NCBI GenBank assembly: GCA_016748015.1
Contig: JAAOMT010000193.1
Coordinates: 124,001 to 188,000 of the forward strand
Direction of reading: 5' to 3'
From: Geosiphon pyriformis uo1
Lineage: Eukaryota > Fungi > Glomeromycota
DNA length: 64,000 nt
Part shown: positions 61,523 through 64,000 of the stretch, piece after piece
Position numbering within the stretch: the stretch's first letter is position 1
Layout of the letters: each line of letters starts with the position of its first letter
Made by a program: the position numbers and the translations under genes
Notes under the pieces: model-generated
Seen by the model: the letters and a program-made list of their open reading frames with translations, nothing else
Told to the model about the DNA's origin: nothing
Database searches by the model: none

Positions 61523-63745
61523 TTAAATTTGTTTTATTTACAACAAACTATCAGCATTTCTGTTTTTTTTTCCTTTTTTGTAATGTACTGTATAATTAAA
61601 TAGTGAAAATTCTATTTTTTATCTAGCATAGTAATCATCTTCAAATTTTTGCTTTTGAATTGAAGTCAATTTTTTGTGGTCAGTATATATGTCAAATTTT
61701 TGGCTTAAGTATTTCTTTTATTTCATAATTGTCTAATAGATTGCTAAGTGTTCTAATGCTAAAGTTCTATAGTTCTTTTCAGCTGGGCTTAAGTTGTGAT
61801 TAACATATGTTACTGGGTGTTCTCTTTTATCTGGTTCTTTCTGAAATAATACAGCTCCTAATGCATGACCTGATGCATCAGTTGTGATTATAAATGGCTT
61901 GTTATAATCTGGATAGATTAGTACTAGAGCTTAAATAAGCTTTCTTCTTAATATATCAAAAGCTTTTTGCTGGTTTTCTATTTATTCATATTTGGTGTTC
62001 TTTGTTTGGAGCTAATATAATGACTGAACCAGTTTGAAAAAATCTTTGATAAAGCAACAGTAGTAACCTGCAAATCTCAAGAATATTTATAGTTTAGTTA
62101 AGTTGGTAGATACTGAAAAGTTTTTAACTATTTCAATTTTGTCTGGATCTGTTTTGATTCCATCTTTGTTCACAACATGTTCCAAGAATTTTAATTCTAT
62201 TTTGTCAAAGAAGCATTTAGTAACATTTAACTTTAATCCTGCTCTTCTTAGTCTTTCAAATACTTGTTGGAAATGGTGTAAATAATCATTGAATGTCTTG
62301 AAAAACACATTAATATTATTTAAGTAAACAACTACTGATTTCTACAATAATCCAGTATAGACAATTTTCATGAGCCATTGAAATGTGGCTGAAACATTTA
62401 TTAAGCCAAAAGACATAACTTCAAATTCGAAATTTTTTTCTCAAATTGTAAAAACCATTTTTTTTTTATCTTCTGGTTTTATGGCTACTTGCCAGTAATC
62501 ACTGTTTAAGTCTAATGTTAAGAACTATTTCTTTTCTTCAAAAGCATTAAAAAGTTTTTGGATCTTTGGAGTTAAGTAGCTATCTTCTTTTGTTACTTTA
62601 TTAAGTTTTCAGTAATCCACACAAAAACGAATTTTTCTATTCTTTTTACAAACTAATATCACTGGTAACAACCATGAACTCATTAATGATTGAATTAACT
62701 CATTGTCTAATATTTGATTAATCTCTTGTCAGATAATTTTATGGCTTGCTGGTAGTACTTAGTATGTTTTTTGCTTAATTGGTATTGCATCTCCAGTTTT
62801 GATCTGATGTTGAATAATGTCAGTTCTGCCAAATTCATTTTCACTGGCAAAGATGTTAGTAAAATTGCTGAGTAGCATTTTGAGTTGTATTTGTTGCAAT
62901 GGATCCAAGTTTCTTAAATTCATTTGTTCCAATTGTTTTGGTTGGAGCAAATAACATTCTCCTTGTCCATATATTGTTTGTGATATAATATATACATATC
63001 TATACAGTTGTGGAAAATTTGGAATGGTGTTTGGTAGTTGTTTTTCAACTTTAGTGCTTAAATATCCAATGGTAATTTTTTTTGGTATTTCAATGACATC
63101 TTCTGTTGTGTTGTAAATAGGCATTTTGATATGTTTTGGGCTTTTGGCTAATATGTAAAGATTGATAAGTCTAATTTTTCTTGATTCACAAATGGTAGTT
63201 TGCACTTTAAAAATTTAAGCTTGATCTTTTACTTTTCTTTCTATAACTAATATGTACTGGTTATATGACAGAATAAAAATTGATTAATGAGTGGAAATAA
63301 TTTCTCTTTTGTCAACAATTTCTTCCTTTGACATATTGACTAGTACATTTATTCTACCTGTGATTCCAAATTTCTGTATCTTTTTTGCTGTTATCTCTAA
63401 TTTTTTTTTTCTCATTAACACTAATTGAGCTATTTTAACTAAAGGCAAGAATATTGTCTGTGCTATTTTTTTGTTGGGCTCTATAATATAGGCTTTTTTT
63501 GAATTATTTTGTAGCATTACAATAATATTTTCTATGTATTCTGTGTTAATTCCTCTTCTGATGTTGATTTCTCTTTTTACTAAACTACTTTTTGCTGCTA
63601 GTTAAATTATTGTTGTTGCTGAGATTTCCAGTACTATTTTAAGATCAATGCATATGTGTAAATATGGTTCTAATTTGATAGTATTTTTCTCTGGATATCT
63701 TAGATTAAACCCAACATCAGTATCATGTGCATGTTTTGGCATAAT
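61523..63745 (-). pseudogene. pol: B3 dUTPase, pseudo-dUTPase, RT and RNase H
   Basis: HAHDTDVGFNL, KIAQTI, RFCVDY, ITTDASG; RNase H stop at 61523-61525. Confidence 0.9.
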
Positions 63746-64000
63746 ACTTTTATCATTATTGCTAAACCATTTTAGTTCTTGCTCTTTGATAAGATTAGAG
63801 AGTATAATGTATTGTTTGGGATTTGAATCATTGTTATTTTGGTTGTTATATTGAACAGTGCTAGAACTATTGTTATTATTGTTGTTATTATTGGAGTTTA
63901 AATCAGAATTGAGATTTGATTTCAATTTTAATGCACAGCTGCTGATTGGTTTTTTCTCTTCTGGAATCATGTAGATTATGTGTAGTGCTAGATTGTAAAT

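Larger units (their letters stand above)
48834..64000 (-). mobile_element. Family B element B3 (continues beyond the window), hosts A3
   Basis: 3' LTR 48834-49625 with PPT; ORF3 split by A3; integrase 60160-61492, RT-RH 61523-62860, dUTPase 63350-63745. Confidence 0.9.

Noticed and set aside
4205-63854. Many short hydrophobic plus-strand ORFs as host or membrane protein genes
   Set aside because: They are antisense shadows of A-rich minus-strand retroelement frames and are not conserved as ORFs between copies.

Overview
The whole 64 kb window is a very AT-rich eukaryotic repeat nest, probably fungal (a Glomeromycotina-like host is my inference). It consists almost entirely of decayed, nested Ty3/Gypsy LTR retrotransposons, and I found no host gene. 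Four LTR families can be separated by LTR sequence; I label them A, B, C and D. All have TGTTA...TAACA termini, tRNA PBS, PPT and 4-bp target-site duplications where testable. Nesting: C1 (3145-28347) contains D1 (5980-23535), which contains A1 (7944-17815, TSD ACGT/ATGT). B1 sits in the gag of B2. Young A2 (40103-44884, TSD GTAT) sits in a plus-strand A LTR. A3 (50024-59852, TSD CCAC) sits in B3. The copies are inactivated by heavy C>T/G>A transition decay. Comparing copies reveals an unusual shared three-cistron architecture. (1) One polyprotein, Gag-protease-(multi-Cys domain)-dUTPase-(pseudo-dUTPase)-RT-RNaseH, stops four codons after the RNase H LSR motif. (2) Integrase is a separate ORF with its own start codon behind a short G-poor spacer. 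(3) A conserved ~220-235 aa helical, non-env ORF3 runs into the PPT/3' LTR. In families A, B and D, Gag also appears to start at a conserved AAA-GTG codon, followed in family A by an ATG-depleted ~240-codon extension. Domain boundaries are approximate because the frames are broken by stops, and three N gaps limit interpretation of 39.4-42.4 kb.
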